From Parachlamydiales bacterium (GTDB taxonomy: Bacteria > Chlamydiota > Chlamydiia > Chlamydiales > Rhabdochlamydiaceae), in contig OY970065.1 in the NCBI GenBank assembly GCA_963705295.1, positions 224,001 through 288,000 on the forward strand: a DNA stretch of 64,000 nucleotides, given 5' to 3'. Positions 30,245-40,553 of this stretch are shown one piece after another. Position 1 is the stretch's first letter. Every line of letters begins with the position of its first letter. The notes beneath the pieces are model-generated. The model was not told the DNA's origin, searched no databases, and was given only the letters and a program-made list of their open reading frames with translations. The translations under genes and the position numbers were made by a program.

Positions 30245-30907
30245 ATGAAAAGAGTGAACATCGTCCGTATTTCTCTGTGGAGCCTCTCTGCACTGCTTGT
30301 TTGCGGATGTCAATCAAAATCAGGCAATATTTGGGATGATAATCAAACGGGGGCCAAATACAAATATGGCGATAATTCCTCCTCTCTTTGGGAGAACAAA
30401 GAAGGAGAAGAGGTTTCGGGTCCCATTGAAGAAGATTTCGTTCCTCTCAATGATGAAGACCTAAAAATGCAATTTGCAGAAGCTGGCATTGCACAGCCGA
30501 GCCATGAATTAGGAGAAGGTGGAGTCCCTGGAGCAGATCAATTCGAAACCCCAACGGGCGAGCTTGCGACCGTTTTCCATCCCGTCTTCTTTAATACAGA
30601 TCAACATACGCTCAGCAATAAAGATTATATCCAAGGTGTCCGCAAAATGGCTGCCTATCTTAAAGCACATCCAAAAACATTTGTCATCGTCGAAGGACAT
30701 TGCGATGAAAGAGGACCTGAAGCTTATAATCAATCCCTCGGATCCAGAAGAGCTAACTACGTCCGTTCTCTCCTTGTCAAAGAAGGGGCAAGTCCCGACC
30801 AATTGCATACAATCTCGTATGGGAAAGAAAGGCCTTTTGATCAAGGTCATGGACCGGATGCTTGGTCTCAAAATAGACGAGCACACTTTAGGGTAACGAC
30901 GAAGTGA
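30245..30907 (+). CDS. pal: Peptidoglycan-associated lipoprotein
   Basis: Lipobox VCGC; OmpA-C motif EGHCDERG...YNQSLGSRRA...SYGKERP...NRRA. Confidence 0.92.
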   Translation: MKRVNIVRISLWSLSALLVCGCQSKSGNIWDDNQTGAKYKYGDNSSSLWENKEGEEVSGPIEEDFVPLNDEDLKMQFAEAGIAQPSHELGEGGVPGADQFETPTGELATVFHPVFFNTDQHTLSNKDYIQGVRKMAAYLKAHPKTFVIVEGHCDERGPEAYNQSLGSRRANYVRSLLVKEGASPDQLHTISYGKERPFDQGHGPDAWSQNRRAHFRVTTK

Positions 30908-31431
30908 GAATAAAATTAAAGTATCTTCTATGCACCCTCATCCTAGGAGGGTGCACTTCATCGATGACGGCTGGAATGCAACATGATCATTTTTTTGAGG
31001 AAGTTAAAACAGAAATAGCTGATCTGCGGCATGCCTTGCATGCCACCGATGTCGAAGTGAAACTCTTAGAAGAGAAATTAGAAAAAAGAGACACCACTTC
31101 TCTGCAGCAAAAAATCGGATTCTTGGAAAAAACCATCGAAAAGATGCATGTCGATCTTCGATCGCTGATGGCTTATGCAAGCCAGACCACAGCCTCCCTT
31201 TCCCAATATCGAGACCATATTGCAGAGATTGACAAAAGACTCGAAGAAATTGTTAAACTCCGTCTCGCCTTGAATCAAGTATCGGCTGAAACCTACCAGG
31301 TCAAGCCAGGTGATTCTCTAGAAAAAATTGCCCGGAAATTTCAAGTCTCAACTGAAGCCCTTAAACGAGAAAATCGTCTGAGTTCCGACAAAATTATCGT
31401 CGGCCAAGAACTCGCGATTCCAGCTCATTGA
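30904..31431 (+). CDS. Coiled-coil/LysM lipoprotein
   Basis: Lipobox LGGC; C-terminal LysM YQVKPGDSLEKIARKF...IIVGQEL. Confidence 0.85.
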   Translation: MRIKLKYLLCTLILGGCTSSMTAGMQHDHFFEEVKTEIADLRHALHATDVEVKLLEEKLEKRDTTSLQQKIGFLEKTIEKMHVDLRSLMAYASQTTASLSQYRDHIAEIDKRLEEIVKLRLALNQVSAETYQVKPGDSLEKIARKFQVSTEALKRENRLSSDKIIVGQELAIPAH

Positions 31432-32312
31432 TGAATAGATATATTGGAATTTTCGACTCAGGGTTCGGTGGTCTGACTGTCATGAAGGCCATCCGCAACC
31501 TTCTTCCCCATGAAAATATTTTATATTTTGGAGATACCGCAAGACTCCCTTATGGCACTAAGAGTCGGGAAACCATTCTGAATTATGCCATGGAAAATGC
31601 CGCTTTTCTCGTAGAACAAGGCGTGAAAGTTTTGGTCGTTGCCTGTAACACAGCGTGTTGTTTTGCTCTCGAGGATCTCCAGAAAAAGTTCGACGTCCCC
31701 GTGATAGGAGTGACAACACCCACGATTGCAAAAGTTGCCAGCTCATCGCGCGGATCGATTGCCATTTTAGGTACCCGTGGAACGATTCTCTCAGAAACGT
31801 ATCAAACCGGTATTTTGCAGAGACTTCCCTTAGCAAAAATCATCTCTATACCTTGCCAACTCCTTGTTCCTCTTGTTGAAGAAGGTTATATCGATCATCT
31901 CATCACCCAAATGGCTATAGAGGAATATCTTGAACCTTTGAAATACTCTGAAATTGATACCCTTATTCTCGGCTGCACCCATTTTCCACTCCTGCAGCAT
32001 CAATTCCAAAAAGTTGTTCAGCCGGGAGTTAAGCTCGTCGATCCAGCAGAGTCGTGTGCACAGGCTGTGAAAGAATTACTATTCTCAGAAAATTTAGCTA
32101 ACCCTTCAAATGAGACCCCTCATTATCAATTCGTCGTTTCCGATGATCCAGAAAGATTCAGAAACCTGGGAGCTGTTTTTCTAGAATCGCCTTTAGATAC
32201 TGTCATTGAATTAAAAAAAAGAGTGAATTTTTTTTACAGACCTGATTATATTCTCACCTTCGGAGGAAATACCCATGACCCACAAGAAAAGAATTTTATT
32301 GATCGAGGATGA
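31431..32312 (+). CDS. murI: Glutamate racemase
   Basis: FDSGFGGLTV, PYGTK, catalytic VACNTA and LGCTHFP. Confidence 0.95.
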   Translation: MNRYIGIFDSGFGGLTVMKAIRNLLPHENILYFGDTARLPYGTKSRETILNYAMENAAFLVEQGVKVLVVACNTACCFALEDLQKKFDVPVIGVTTPTIAKVASSSRGSIAILGTRGTILSETYQTGILQRLPLAKIISIPCQLLVPLVEEGYIDHLITQMAIEEYLEPLKYSEIDTLILGCTHFPLLQHQFQKVVQPGVKLVDPAESCAQAVKELLFSENLANPSNETPHYQFVVSDDPERFRNLGAVFLESPLDTVIELKKRVNFFYRPDYILTFGGNTHDPQEKNFIDRG

Positions 32313-32988
32313 AGAAGATATCGCCGCTCTCATCAAACTTCAGGCGGAACTATTAGGTTATAAACTCCATGTTGAAGTCGATGGTCTCAATGGTTACCGG
32401 GCCATTGAACGAGAAAAACCCGATCTTGTGATTCTCGATATCATGTTGCCGGGTCAAAATGGATTTGATATTTGCCGGAAAATAAAAAGTAATCCTGATC
32501 TGAAAAATATTCCTGTCGTCATTCTCTCAGCGAAAGGAGAAGAGCTCGATGTGATCTTAGGCCTTGAACTCGGAGCCGATGATTATGTCGCAAAACCGTT
32601 TTCACCAAAAATTCTGTTCTCCCGTATAAAGGCGGTTCTCAGACGAGGAAAAGAGCCTGAGAAAACCCCTAAGGTCATTATTTTTGGAGATTTTGTTCTA
32701 GAAGTCGACCGGTATCTTCTTAGAAAAGGGGATAAAACCATCGGTATTACTCTATCCGAATTTGGAATCCTTAAAAGACTTTTGACAAATCGAGGAAAAG
32801 TGCTCACGCGGAACCAACTTTTGGATGATATTCACAACGATGATGCTTTCATCGTCGATAGAAATATCGATGTTCATATTGCTTCTCTACGCAAAAAACT
32901 GGGGCCGAATTTCGAATGGATTGAAACCGTGCGGGGTGTGGGATATCGGTTTAAAGAAGAGTCTACTCCTGCTCTAGCAAAAAAATAA
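32275..32988 (+). CDS. OmpR/PhoB family DNA-binding response regulator
   Basis: Receiver domain LIEDE...LDIMLP...KPF; winged helix RNIDVHIASLRKKL...ETVRGVGY. Confidence 0.92.
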   Translation: MTHKKRILLIEDEEDIAALIKLQAELLGYKLHVEVDGLNGYRAIEREKPDLVILDIMLPGQNGFDICRKIKSNPDLKNIPVVILSAKGEELDVILGLELGADDYVAKPFSPKILFSRIKAVLRRGKEPEKTPKVIIFGDFVLEVDRYLLRKGDKTIGITLSEFGILKRLLTNRGKVLTRNQLLDDIHNDDAFIVDRNIDVHIASLRKKLGPNFEWIETVRGVGYRFKEESTPALAKK

Positions 32989-32997
32989 GTTCTTTTC

Positions 32998-34176
32998 TTG
33001 AGACGTACACGCGCAATTCCCATTTTTCTAACCTATTTCCTCGATCACTTCGGATTTGCTATTGTTTTCCTTTTATTTGGCCCTTTAATTCTCAATAATA
33101 AACCCCTAGGGATAGAAGAGCAATCATCGGTATCCATTTTATTTACTTTACTTGTTTTTCCTTTAGCCCAATCGATGGGAGCACCTATCATTGGAACCAT
33201 TTCAGATAAAATTGGAAGAAAAAAAACCTTCTTGTATTCGATAGCGGGCACGGTTATTGGGAACCTTCTTTCGGGAATGGCTTTTTTATTCCATAATATT
33301 TTTCTCCTCATTGCAGGTCGGATTGTCACGGGATTTTGTGCCGGTAATTTAACCCTTTGTCTCGCTTCTCTTGCTGACATGTCTCAAAACGAAAAAGATA
33401 AGGTCAATAATTTTAGCCAACTCACCGCGATTTCTGGGATCAGTTATATCTTCGCTGTTCTCTCTGCAGATATTTTCTCGAAACTATCTCCCAGCACTCT
33501 CTTTTGGATAACGTCATTCCTTGGAATTCTCAATATTTCTCTTCTCGTCGTCCTTTTTCAAGAGACGAGGAAGAAAACGACCCCTTTTGTCTTCTGGAGA
33601 GTCGCGCCAGGATTCAAGAGAATTTTCCAAAATCGTTCACTAAATTATCTTTACATCTGTTTTTTTCTCTTTATGCTCTGCTGGGTTCCTGCACTGCAGT
33701 ATTTACCCGAACTTCTACTCAATCGTTTTCATTTCTCCGATGAAGAAGTTTCCATCTTTCTGATCGCTTTGGGTGGACTTTGGTCGGTTTCAAACTGGCT
33801 CCTCAGTCGATTTGGTATTCCATTTTCTCCCCATTTTCTTTTCCGTTTATTGCTCCTTCTTGCTTCTTTTTTGATTCTTGCAGGGACCCTTCCAACCGCA
33901 TCCCTTTTTCTCATTTCATTTATCGTCACTCTGATTGGAGCTGCAGTCACATGGACCTATCTTTTTGTCGGCATTTCTGATCACGCGTCTTTGTCCGACC
34001 AAGGTGAAGTTTTGGGTCTCAGTCAATCGATTGGAACGTTTGGTGTTCTGCTCGGACTCGGATTGAAACGGTATTTTGTTTCTTTTTATCCTCATCAATA
34101 TTACCTCCTTGCGGGTATTCTGATCCTATTTGCCGCACTGATCGCGAGCTTTTCCCGCTTTAAAATAAAATCTTGA
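32998..34176 (+). CDS. MFS transporter (DHA1/TetA-like)
   Basis: Motif A GTISDKIGRKK, motif B GRIVTG; about 12 TM segments. Confidence 0.85.
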   Translation: MRRTRAIPIFLTYFLDHFGFAIVFLLFGPLILNNKPLGIEEQSSVSILFTLLVFPLAQSMGAPIIGTISDKIGRKKTFLYSIAGTVIGNLLSGMAFLFHNIFLLIAGRIVTGFCAGNLTLCLASLADMSQNEKDKVNNFSQLTAISGISYIFAVLSADIFSKLSPSTLFWITSFLGILNISLLVVLFQETRKKTTPFVFWRVAPGFKRIFQNRSLNYLYICFFLFMLCWVPALQYLPELLLNRFHFSDEEVSIFLIALGGLWSVSNWLLSRFGIPFSPHFLFRLLLLLASFLILAGTLPTASLFLISFIVTLIGAAVTWTYLFVGISDHASLSDQGEVLGLSQSIGTFGVLLGLGLKRYFVSFYPHQYYLLAGILILFAALIASFSRFKIKS

Positions 34177-34193
34177 TAGGCTATTTTAAAAGT

Positions 34194-34637
34194 ATGGTTC
34201 GAGCCCCGTTGATTTTTCTTACATTACTAACCCTCATGAGTTGTGAAAATAGAGCTGAAACGGGAGCCTTGGCGGGTGCCGGAACCGGTGCATTAGCTGG
34301 GGGTCTTATCTCCCATTCAGCCACAGGGGTGTTAGTGGGCGGCGCTGTCGGTGCTGCAACAGGTGCCGTCATTGGTGCTGCTCTCGATGCATCGGATAGG
34401 GATTCTCTCGATCGTGAAAGCCCTCGAACACTGCGGAGAATCGACCGCGGCGAACAACTATCGACCGATGATATCAAAAAAATGTCCAAAGCAGGTCTTA
34501 GTGATGATGTCATTATGAATCAGATCGATGCCACCCACAGTGTTTTCTATTTGAGCACTGCCGATATCGTCGATCTCAAAAAGGCAGGCGTCTCGCAACG
34601 GGTGATCAACTATATGATCCAAACCGGAAATAAGTGA
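34194..34637 (+). CDS. Glycine-zipper lipoprotein
   Basis: Lipobox LMSC; GALAGAGTGALAG...GGAVGAATGAVIG; duplicated C-terminal motif (MSKAGLSDDVI / LKKAGVSQRVI). Confidence 0.75.
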   Translation: MVRAPLIFLTLLTLMSCENRAETGALAGAGTGALAGGLISHSATGVLVGGAVGAATGAVIGAALDASDRDSLDRESPRTLRRIDRGEQLSTDDIKKMSKAGLSDDVIMNQIDATHSVFYLSTADIVDLKKAGVSQRVINYMIQTGNK

Positions 34638-34668
34638 ACTTAAAATCCATTTCATGAATACTTAAGGA

Positions 34669-35598
34669 ATGAGTTTCTACCAGCAGACTTTGCTTAAATT
34701 CGTTCGCATCACGAGAATGTACAGGGTATTCCACCTCGTTTTCTTCGTTGTTTTTGCAGCAGAGCTATTGACGCTCCTTTTATTTTTGCCATTTTTGGCC
34801 AAAAGCTACCTCTTGGCTGTGGTTGTGGCCTCGACTTTTCTAACGGCTTTTTCTTATTTCGTCCTCAGGTTCTATTTTCAAACCAAAAAACCTGAACAAC
34901 TTCTCGAACTCCGGTCCGAATTTATTGAAAATTGTGAAAACTTTTTTCAAGAAACCGTTGTTCAACTCATCCAAAAGTTAGAAGGATTGGAATTCCACTA
35001 TTACTCCCTTCCTTCCATTTTTGGATCGGTGTCCCCTTTGGTTAAAAAATTTAGCGCGTGGTCTCATTTTGAAGATGTCCTTTTGTTTAAAGAACTCCTC
35101 TATTCCCATCTTCTGAAAATCGAATTAGAAGCCGTTAAAAATAATCCTACGAATACCGAACTTCACCGCAACCTCGCGAAAAGTTATATTGCTTTCTATC
35201 ATCTCTATCGGGATTCAGGAACCGCTCCTTATCCTTTTATTACGAAGCGGTACACATCTGCTGAAATAGTTCAAAAGTTTCAAAAAAACGCAAAATGTGC
35301 TTTAGAAGAGCTTAAAATTGTACTCCACTTTGTCCCCTTGGATCCTTGGGCATTAACCCAGCTTGGAAAAGTTTATCGAGATCTCGATCAAAAAGATGAA
35401 GAACGTAAAATCTACGAAATTCTTCTCCAACTTATCCCGGACGAACAAGAAATCCGATACCGGCTCGGGGTTGTCTATTTTCAGCTCGGTTTCATGGCCA
35501 GTGGACTCACGATTTACGAAGAGTTTCGTCAAATGAACGACCCCAAAGCACAAGAGCTCATCGGGCACTATGATGCTTTCCACACTCAGAGCATGTAA
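34669..35598 (+). CDS. Membrane-anchored TPR protein
   Basis: Two N-terminal TM helices; C-terminal TPR-like helices. Confidence 0.65.
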   Translation: MSFYQQTLLKFVRITRMYRVFHLVFFVVFAAELLTLLLFLPFLAKSYLLAVVVASTFLTAFSYFVLRFYFQTKKPEQLLELRSEFIENCENFFQETVVQLIQKLEGLEFHYYSLPSIFGSVSPLVKKFSAWSHFEDVLLFKELLYSHLLKIELEAVKNNPTNTELHRNLAKSYIAFYHLYRDSGTAPYPFITKRYTSAEIVQKFQKNAKCALEELKIVLHFVPLDPWALTQLGKVYRDLDQKDEERKIYEILLQLIPDEQEIRYRLGVVYFQLGFMASGLTIYEEFRQMNDPKAQELIGHYDAFHTQSM

Positions 35599-35666
35599 TT
35601 TTTGTAATTTTTAAGGACAAAAAAACGGTTTGTGAGCACACTCTAAGAAAAATTACCAGGGGATTT

Positions 35667-38294
35667 ATGAGTAAATTTTTTATTTCAATGTGCCTCTATT
35701 TTTTGGCAACATCGGCTACTTCCGATCTTTCTATTGATGAAGCTTTTTTTCTCAAGAGGGTGACCGAATTTTGGAAGGATAAAGATTTTGTCTTGGTAAA
35801 AACCCAAATCCAAGAATTCGTTTCCGTCCATCCGAACTCAACCATACACGATCATCTGCAAGCCATTCTAGCTGACATTCTGTATCAGGAAAAAGATTAC
35901 AAAACGGCCCTAGAATATTACCAAAAAATCACAGACTCTACCTTGGAGCAAAAAACTCTAAGCCGAAAGTGTCAATGTCTCTACCTCCAAGGCGATTTCG
36001 ATGGTGTGATTTCTATATTAACTCCCCGCTTAGAAGAGTTCGGTGAGCACAAAGAAGAGATGCAGTTTTTACTCGGGGATTCTTTATTCCGGAAACTCCG
36101 TCACCTCGAAGGCAGCCAGCAAAACGAACTCGCTCTTCTAGCAAAACCCATTTTACTCGCCCTTTATGATACCGGATACCAAGACAAAGTTCTCCTTCCT
36201 CTAGCTGAGATCCACCGGATCTTAAATGAAAATTCTCAAGCTGCCAACTTTTATACCCAGTTCATGGAGAAAACACCGGAGAAAAAAGAAGAAATACTGC
36301 TCCAAATTGCTTCTCTGCAAATCAGTTATGATAAAAATAAGGCTATAGAAACGTATCAACAAATCGTCGATCTGGGCCAAAGTAAAGCCGGTGAAGCGGC
36401 CTATAATGAACTTGTTCTCCTGACCCAAGAAAATCGGTTTTTGGAACTGATCAACCGAGCAACGACCTTATCTCCTCATTTCACCGACGAAAAGAAAGCC
36501 CTTTTCGATTTCTGCATGGGGCGAAGTCACTTCAAGTTGGATCATTTAACAGCTGCTACCTTGTATTTTGAAAAATATCTCCAAGAAGAGAGTGAAAGCA
36601 CTCCGTATAAACGGGCGGCTTTTTTAACCTTGATCGTTTGCGCTCAGAAAACACAAAACGAACCTCTCTTTGACAGAACTGTCGAACAATTCCTTTCAGC
36701 ATTCCCGAAAGATGAAGAGGCTGGAAAAGCTCTGCTGCTGCACGCTCAGACAGCTCTGCAAACGGGCAATGTTGAACAAGCCTCTTTGGATTTGGAAAAA
36801 CTCGTGACAGAATTCCCTAATATTCCTGAAAAAGAAACGTTGATGTACGACCATGCCCTTTTACTCTGTAAAATGAAAAAATGGGGTGAGAGTCGGACAG
36901 CCTTTCTCTCTTACATCCAGGAATTTCCGGATACGCCCCATTTAAACTTGAGCTGGCATTCGATCTTACATTGCTCCGTGCAAGAACTGAAAGAAAATGG
37001 GTCTGTTGAAAAAAAGGTCCAACTGACTACAGACCTTCAGCAAACTCTAGCTAAATCCGACCTCTTTTCTCCCGAAGAAGAATCGAATTACCGGTTTTTA
37101 CTGGGAGAACTTCTCTTCGATCTAGAACATTATGACGATGCTTTAGCCCATTTGGTTCAGTTTTGCACCCAGTTCCCTAACCATTCTTCCATACCACAAG
37201 CACTTCTCCTGCAAGCCAATATCCACTACGCCTTGAAATCTTCTCCCGAGATTTTTATTGAAGTTGCTGAAAAAGCCCTAGTAACCACTCAAGAGACAAA
37301 CAATAAAAAAGCACTGAGACTTCAGCTTTTCAACTCATATTTACATCTAAAAGAATACGACAAAGCAGCCGATTATCTCTATCAGAGCTACATCACCGAT
37401 GATGCGGTCATTCACCTCGAAAATCAAATTTGGCTCGCCCGTCATTATTTGAAACAAGAAGATAGAAGCAAAGTGTTTCAAATCTATAAGAAAATGCTCG
37501 AGGTCGATGAAAACTTTGTCCTCCATTTCAACCCACAAGATACTGCTTTAGAAACAGAAGCTTTGAAATTTTCGGAACTACTCCCTGAAACCAATAAATT
37601 AGCTCTTCTGATCTCACTCAGAGAGATGCAGAACCAAAATTCTGGGACCTGGAAATGCCAAGAAAGAGTTTTATTCGAGCTTGGACAACTCTTCCTCGCT
37701 TCAAAAGAACAAAACAGAGCTTTGGAACTGTTCGATGAATTGATTAGTAGTGGAAATACCTCTCATTTTGTTCATGCAGCTTTACTCGAAAAAAGTCGCC
37801 TTCTTCTCTCTAAATTCGAAGAAAAAGATGAAACCAACCCAACGATTGTCAAAATCTTATCGACGTTGAAAGATCTACAAATTCAGAAAAATCTCTCTCA
37901 TGAGCCTCTTTATTTGGAGGCAGCCTTAGAATATGCCGATGTTCGTGTGGCGATGGCCTCTCCAGAGTCTCGTCTTGAATCGGCGATATTTTTCCTCAAT
38001 CGGATTAAAGACGATTTTAATGATCGAAGTGATAACCTCTCTCGTGAATACCAAGATTCTCGTTTACGCTTTCCTGAAAAGGACACTCTGTTTCAAAATT
38101 ATATGAAATGCATCGAAGCCGAAATCTTGTGTTATGAAACAAGACTCGCAAAAGATCAAAAAGATGATGAGAAGGCAAAAAGATCGAGTGAAATTGCTTT
38201 TACTCTCCTCGAGGAAATCTTAAAGGATGAAAAAATAACCCCATATCTGAAAAATAGAGCCGAAGCTAATTTGATAATACTGAAATCATCATGA
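35667..38294 (+). CDS. Large exported TPR-repeat protein
   Basis: Signal-peptide-like N-terminus; repeated TPR/BamD-like FP..P turns. Confidence 0.7.
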   Translation: MSKFFISMCLYFLATSATSDLSIDEAFFLKRVTEFWKDKDFVLVKTQIQEFVSVHPNSTIHDHLQAILADILYQEKDYKTALEYYQKITDSTLEQKTLSRKCQCLYLQGDFDGVISILTPRLEEFGEHKEEMQFLLGDSLFRKLRHLEGSQQNELALLAKPILLALYDTGYQDKVLLPLAEIHRILNENSQAANFYTQFMEKTPEKKEEILLQIASLQISYDKNKAIETYQQIVDLGQSKAGEAAYNELVLLTQENRFLELINRATTLSPHFTDEKKALFDFCMGRSHFKLDHLTAATLYFEKYLQEESESTPYKRAAFLTLIVCAQKTQNEPLFDRTVEQFLSAFPKDEEAGKALLLHAQTALQTGNVEQASLDLEKLVTEFPNIPEKETLMYDHALLLCKMKKWGESRTAFLSYIQEFPDTPHLNLSWHSILHCSVQELKENGSVEKKVQLTTDLQQTLAKSDLFSPEEESNYRFLLGELLFDLEHYDDALAHLVQFCTQFPNHSSIPQALLLQANIHYALKSSPEIFIEVAEKALVTTQETNNKKALRLQLFNSYLHLKEYDKAADYLYQSYITDDAVIHLENQIWLARHYLKQEDRSKVFQIYKKMLEVDENFVLHFNPQDTALETEALKFSELLPETNKLALLISLREMQNQNSGTWKCQERVLFELGQLFLASKEQNRALELFDELISSGNTSHFVHAALLEKSRLLLSKFEEKDETNPTIVKILSTLKDLQIQKNLSHEPLYLEAALEYADVRVAMASPESRLESAIFFLNRIKDDFNDRSDNLSREYQDSRLRFPEKDTLFQNYMKCIEAEILCYETRLAKDQKDDEKAKRSSEIAFTLLEEILKDEKITPYLKNRAEANLIILKSS

Positions 38295-40015
38295 GAAATT
38301 CTCTACTTGCGAAATGTCTGCTGGTCTCTGCAGCGCTACATGCAGCTGCTGCTCTCCTTTTTTTATCTCGTCCTCTCCATCTCACGACCCGTTTTTCGAC
38401 ATTTCTCGGAAAAACACCACCCACAGCCTACGAAGACGATGAAATTGCAAGAAAAGGAGAGGCTTTAAAAGACGCTTTTGAGTCGTTTGTCTCGTTATCC
38501 TCTCTCAAGAAAATTCCGTTCGAGCCCCAAATTGCATCTTTTGAAAACAAACCTTTATCATTAAAAAAGCCCTCCCTTCTTCTTCCAGAGGACTACGAAA
38601 CCCCCGCTCCCAATAAACTTCCCTTACCAGAGCTAGAAATTCCTCAAGAACGAATTACTATGAAAAGTTCTCCTTCGATGATCACCCTTGCGCTAACCTC
38701 CATCCAGCCTGTCGATGTAGATCCGTTTGAAGTCGTCCCCCATTTCACTCTTCCAATTTCTACAGGATCTTCTGATTTGGAAATATCCCCCTCTGCAGAA
38801 AGTTCTTTCATCACTCAGACTCCGAAAATTTTCTCGATGGATACAGTAGCTCCTGAAGCTTTAGTAACGGCTCCCTACTTTCCAAAATTGGAGGATGAAC
38901 CGTTCCTTCAGACCCCGATCACCTCTTCCTTCACGATGGAGCAATCTCAGGCGGTGGAGAACCTTTATGTCGCTTCCCTGTCATCGTATGGGATCCCCGA
39001 GCTCCATGTTTTAGACTGGAATGAAACCTTCGATGTCGAAGTAAAAACCTTAAAACAAGAAGAAGATGGGTATCTTTTTTCCATTTCCCTTCTTCCAAAA
39101 GTCAATTTGGCTCAGTTTCGGATGAAACAAAACTTCTATTTTTTAATCGACAGGTCCAATTCCATCGAAAAGCATCGGTACCAAACCTTTAAACGAGCCG
39201 TGAGCCGCACCATTCAATCGCTGCACGAAGACGATTATTTCAACATCATCATCTTCGATGCGAAGGCAGTTCGCTTGAGTGATATACCTCTTCCTTGTAC
39301 AAAAAAGAACCAAAAATTGGCTGAAGAGTTTCTAGAAAAAGAGCCTCGGGGAATTTTTAAAGCTGCTACAGATATTTATTCTTCTTTGAATCAGATCATT
39401 CCCACTCAGGTCAATTCCGAAGAAGCTCATACGGCTATTTTGATTTCCGATGGAGACTCGACTTTAAAACCAGATAAACAACGGAATTTCATCAACACAT
39501 GGCTCAAAAACAACCTAGGAAGAGTGACCCTCTATACAGCAGCCGTCGGTGGTGGAAATAATCTTCCCATTCTAGATCTTTTGGGCACTGCAGGTCGAGG
39601 CTCTCTTCTCTATTCAGACACTCATTCGGGGTTCCCACGAAAACTGGCGAAACTTGTGCTCGGCCTCCGCTACCCGATTGCCAAAGATATGACTTTCTCG
39701 ATCACACCCTCTTCGAAAATTCAGCTTTGTCCTTCTTCCAGCCGACTTCCATTTCTATTTGGCGACCGGCCTTACACATTCTATGGAAAAGCCGATACTC
39801 TCTCCGATTTTACCCTTACCTTAGAAGGTAAAAATCAGGGAAATCTTCTCACGATAAAAAAAGATATTTCGTTTGCAAAAGCCAAACCCGCATCGCGGCT
39901 TCTCTCTAAAGATTGGGCCCTTGAACAAGCCCATATTTGCTACGAAAAATATCTCAAAGAAGGAAAGTTGACGTTCTTAGAAGAGGCAAAAAAACTTGCG
40001 GATTCTAAGCGGTAG
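38291..40015 (+). CDS. Membrane-anchored von Willebrand factor A domain protein
   Basis: N-terminal TM with SAALH, Pro/Ser-rich linker, MIDAS FLIDRSNS...ILISDG. Confidence 0.75.
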   Translation: MRNSLLAKCLLVSAALHAAAALLFLSRPLHLTTRFSTFLGKTPPTAYEDDEIARKGEALKDAFESFVSLSSLKKIPFEPQIASFENKPLSLKKPSLLLPEDYETPAPNKLPLPELEIPQERITMKSSPSMITLALTSIQPVDVDPFEVVPHFTLPISTGSSDLEISPSAESSFITQTPKIFSMDTVAPEALVTAPYFPKLEDEPFLQTPITSSFTMEQSQAVENLYVASLSSYGIPELHVLDWNETFDVEVKTLKQEEDGYLFSISLLPKVNLAQFRMKQNFYFLIDRSNSIEKHRYQTFKRAVSRTIQSLHEDDYFNIIIFDAKAVRLSDIPLPCTKKNQKLAEEFLEKEPRGIFKAATDIYSSLNQIIPTQVNSEEAHTAILISDGDSTLKPDKQRNFINTWLKNNLGRVTLYTAAVGGGNNLPILDLLGTAGRGSLLYSDTHSGFPRKLAKLVLGLRYPIAKDMTFSITPSSKIQLCPSSSRLPFLFGDRPYTFYGKADTLSDFTLTLEGKNQGNLLTIKKDISFAKAKPASRLLSKDWALEQAHICYEKYLKEGKLTFLEEAKKLADSKR

Positions 40016-40544
40016 TTTCAAAGGCAGGCCCTTAATTGCACCGAAAGGGTCTCAAACAAGGCCTACCCTATCTATCGTGCGGAAAGCTGTCTTTGACATC
40101 CTGCAGCCTGCTGTTTCAGGAGCTGATTTTCTCGACCTATTCGCTGGAAGCGGCGCCATGGGGATTGAAGCTCTGAGCCGTGGTGCGAGACGATCGGTTT
40201 TTGTAGAAAATCATAGAGAAGCCGTTCGAGCCCTCCATAAAAACTTAAATCTTCTTAAAATCGACGCCGTTGTTCTTGCAGGCGATGTTTTGACAGTTTT
40301 AAAAAAACTCGAAAAACAAAAAGAAACCTTCCAAATCATCTATGCCGATCCACCCTATCAACTAAAACATCTTTATACCGAGCTCCTTCAATTTCTCGAC
40401 ACAGCGTCTCTCCTGCAGCCGGGCGGGTATCTTTTTCTAGAAAGCCGGTCTCCTATCGAAGAACTGCCACTTAAGCAACTCGTCTTGATCGACAAACGGC
40501 GGTTTGGGACGTCGCTCTTGCACCAATATCGGCGCACCCGTTAG
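39996..40544 (+). CDS. rsmD: 16S rRNA m2G966 methyltransferase
   Basis: MRILSG..KGR, TRPT, LDLFAGSG, DPPY. Confidence 0.93.
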   Translation: MRILSGSFKGRPLIAPKGSQTRPTLSIVRKAVFDILQPAVSGADFLDLFAGSGAMGIEALSRGARRSVFVENHREAVRALHKNLNLLKIDAVVLAGDVLTVLKKLEKQKETFQIIYADPPYQLKHLYTELLQFLDTASLLQPGGYLFLESRSPIEELPLKQLVLIDKRRFGTSLLHQYRRTR

Positions 40545-40553
40545 TTTAAGGAC

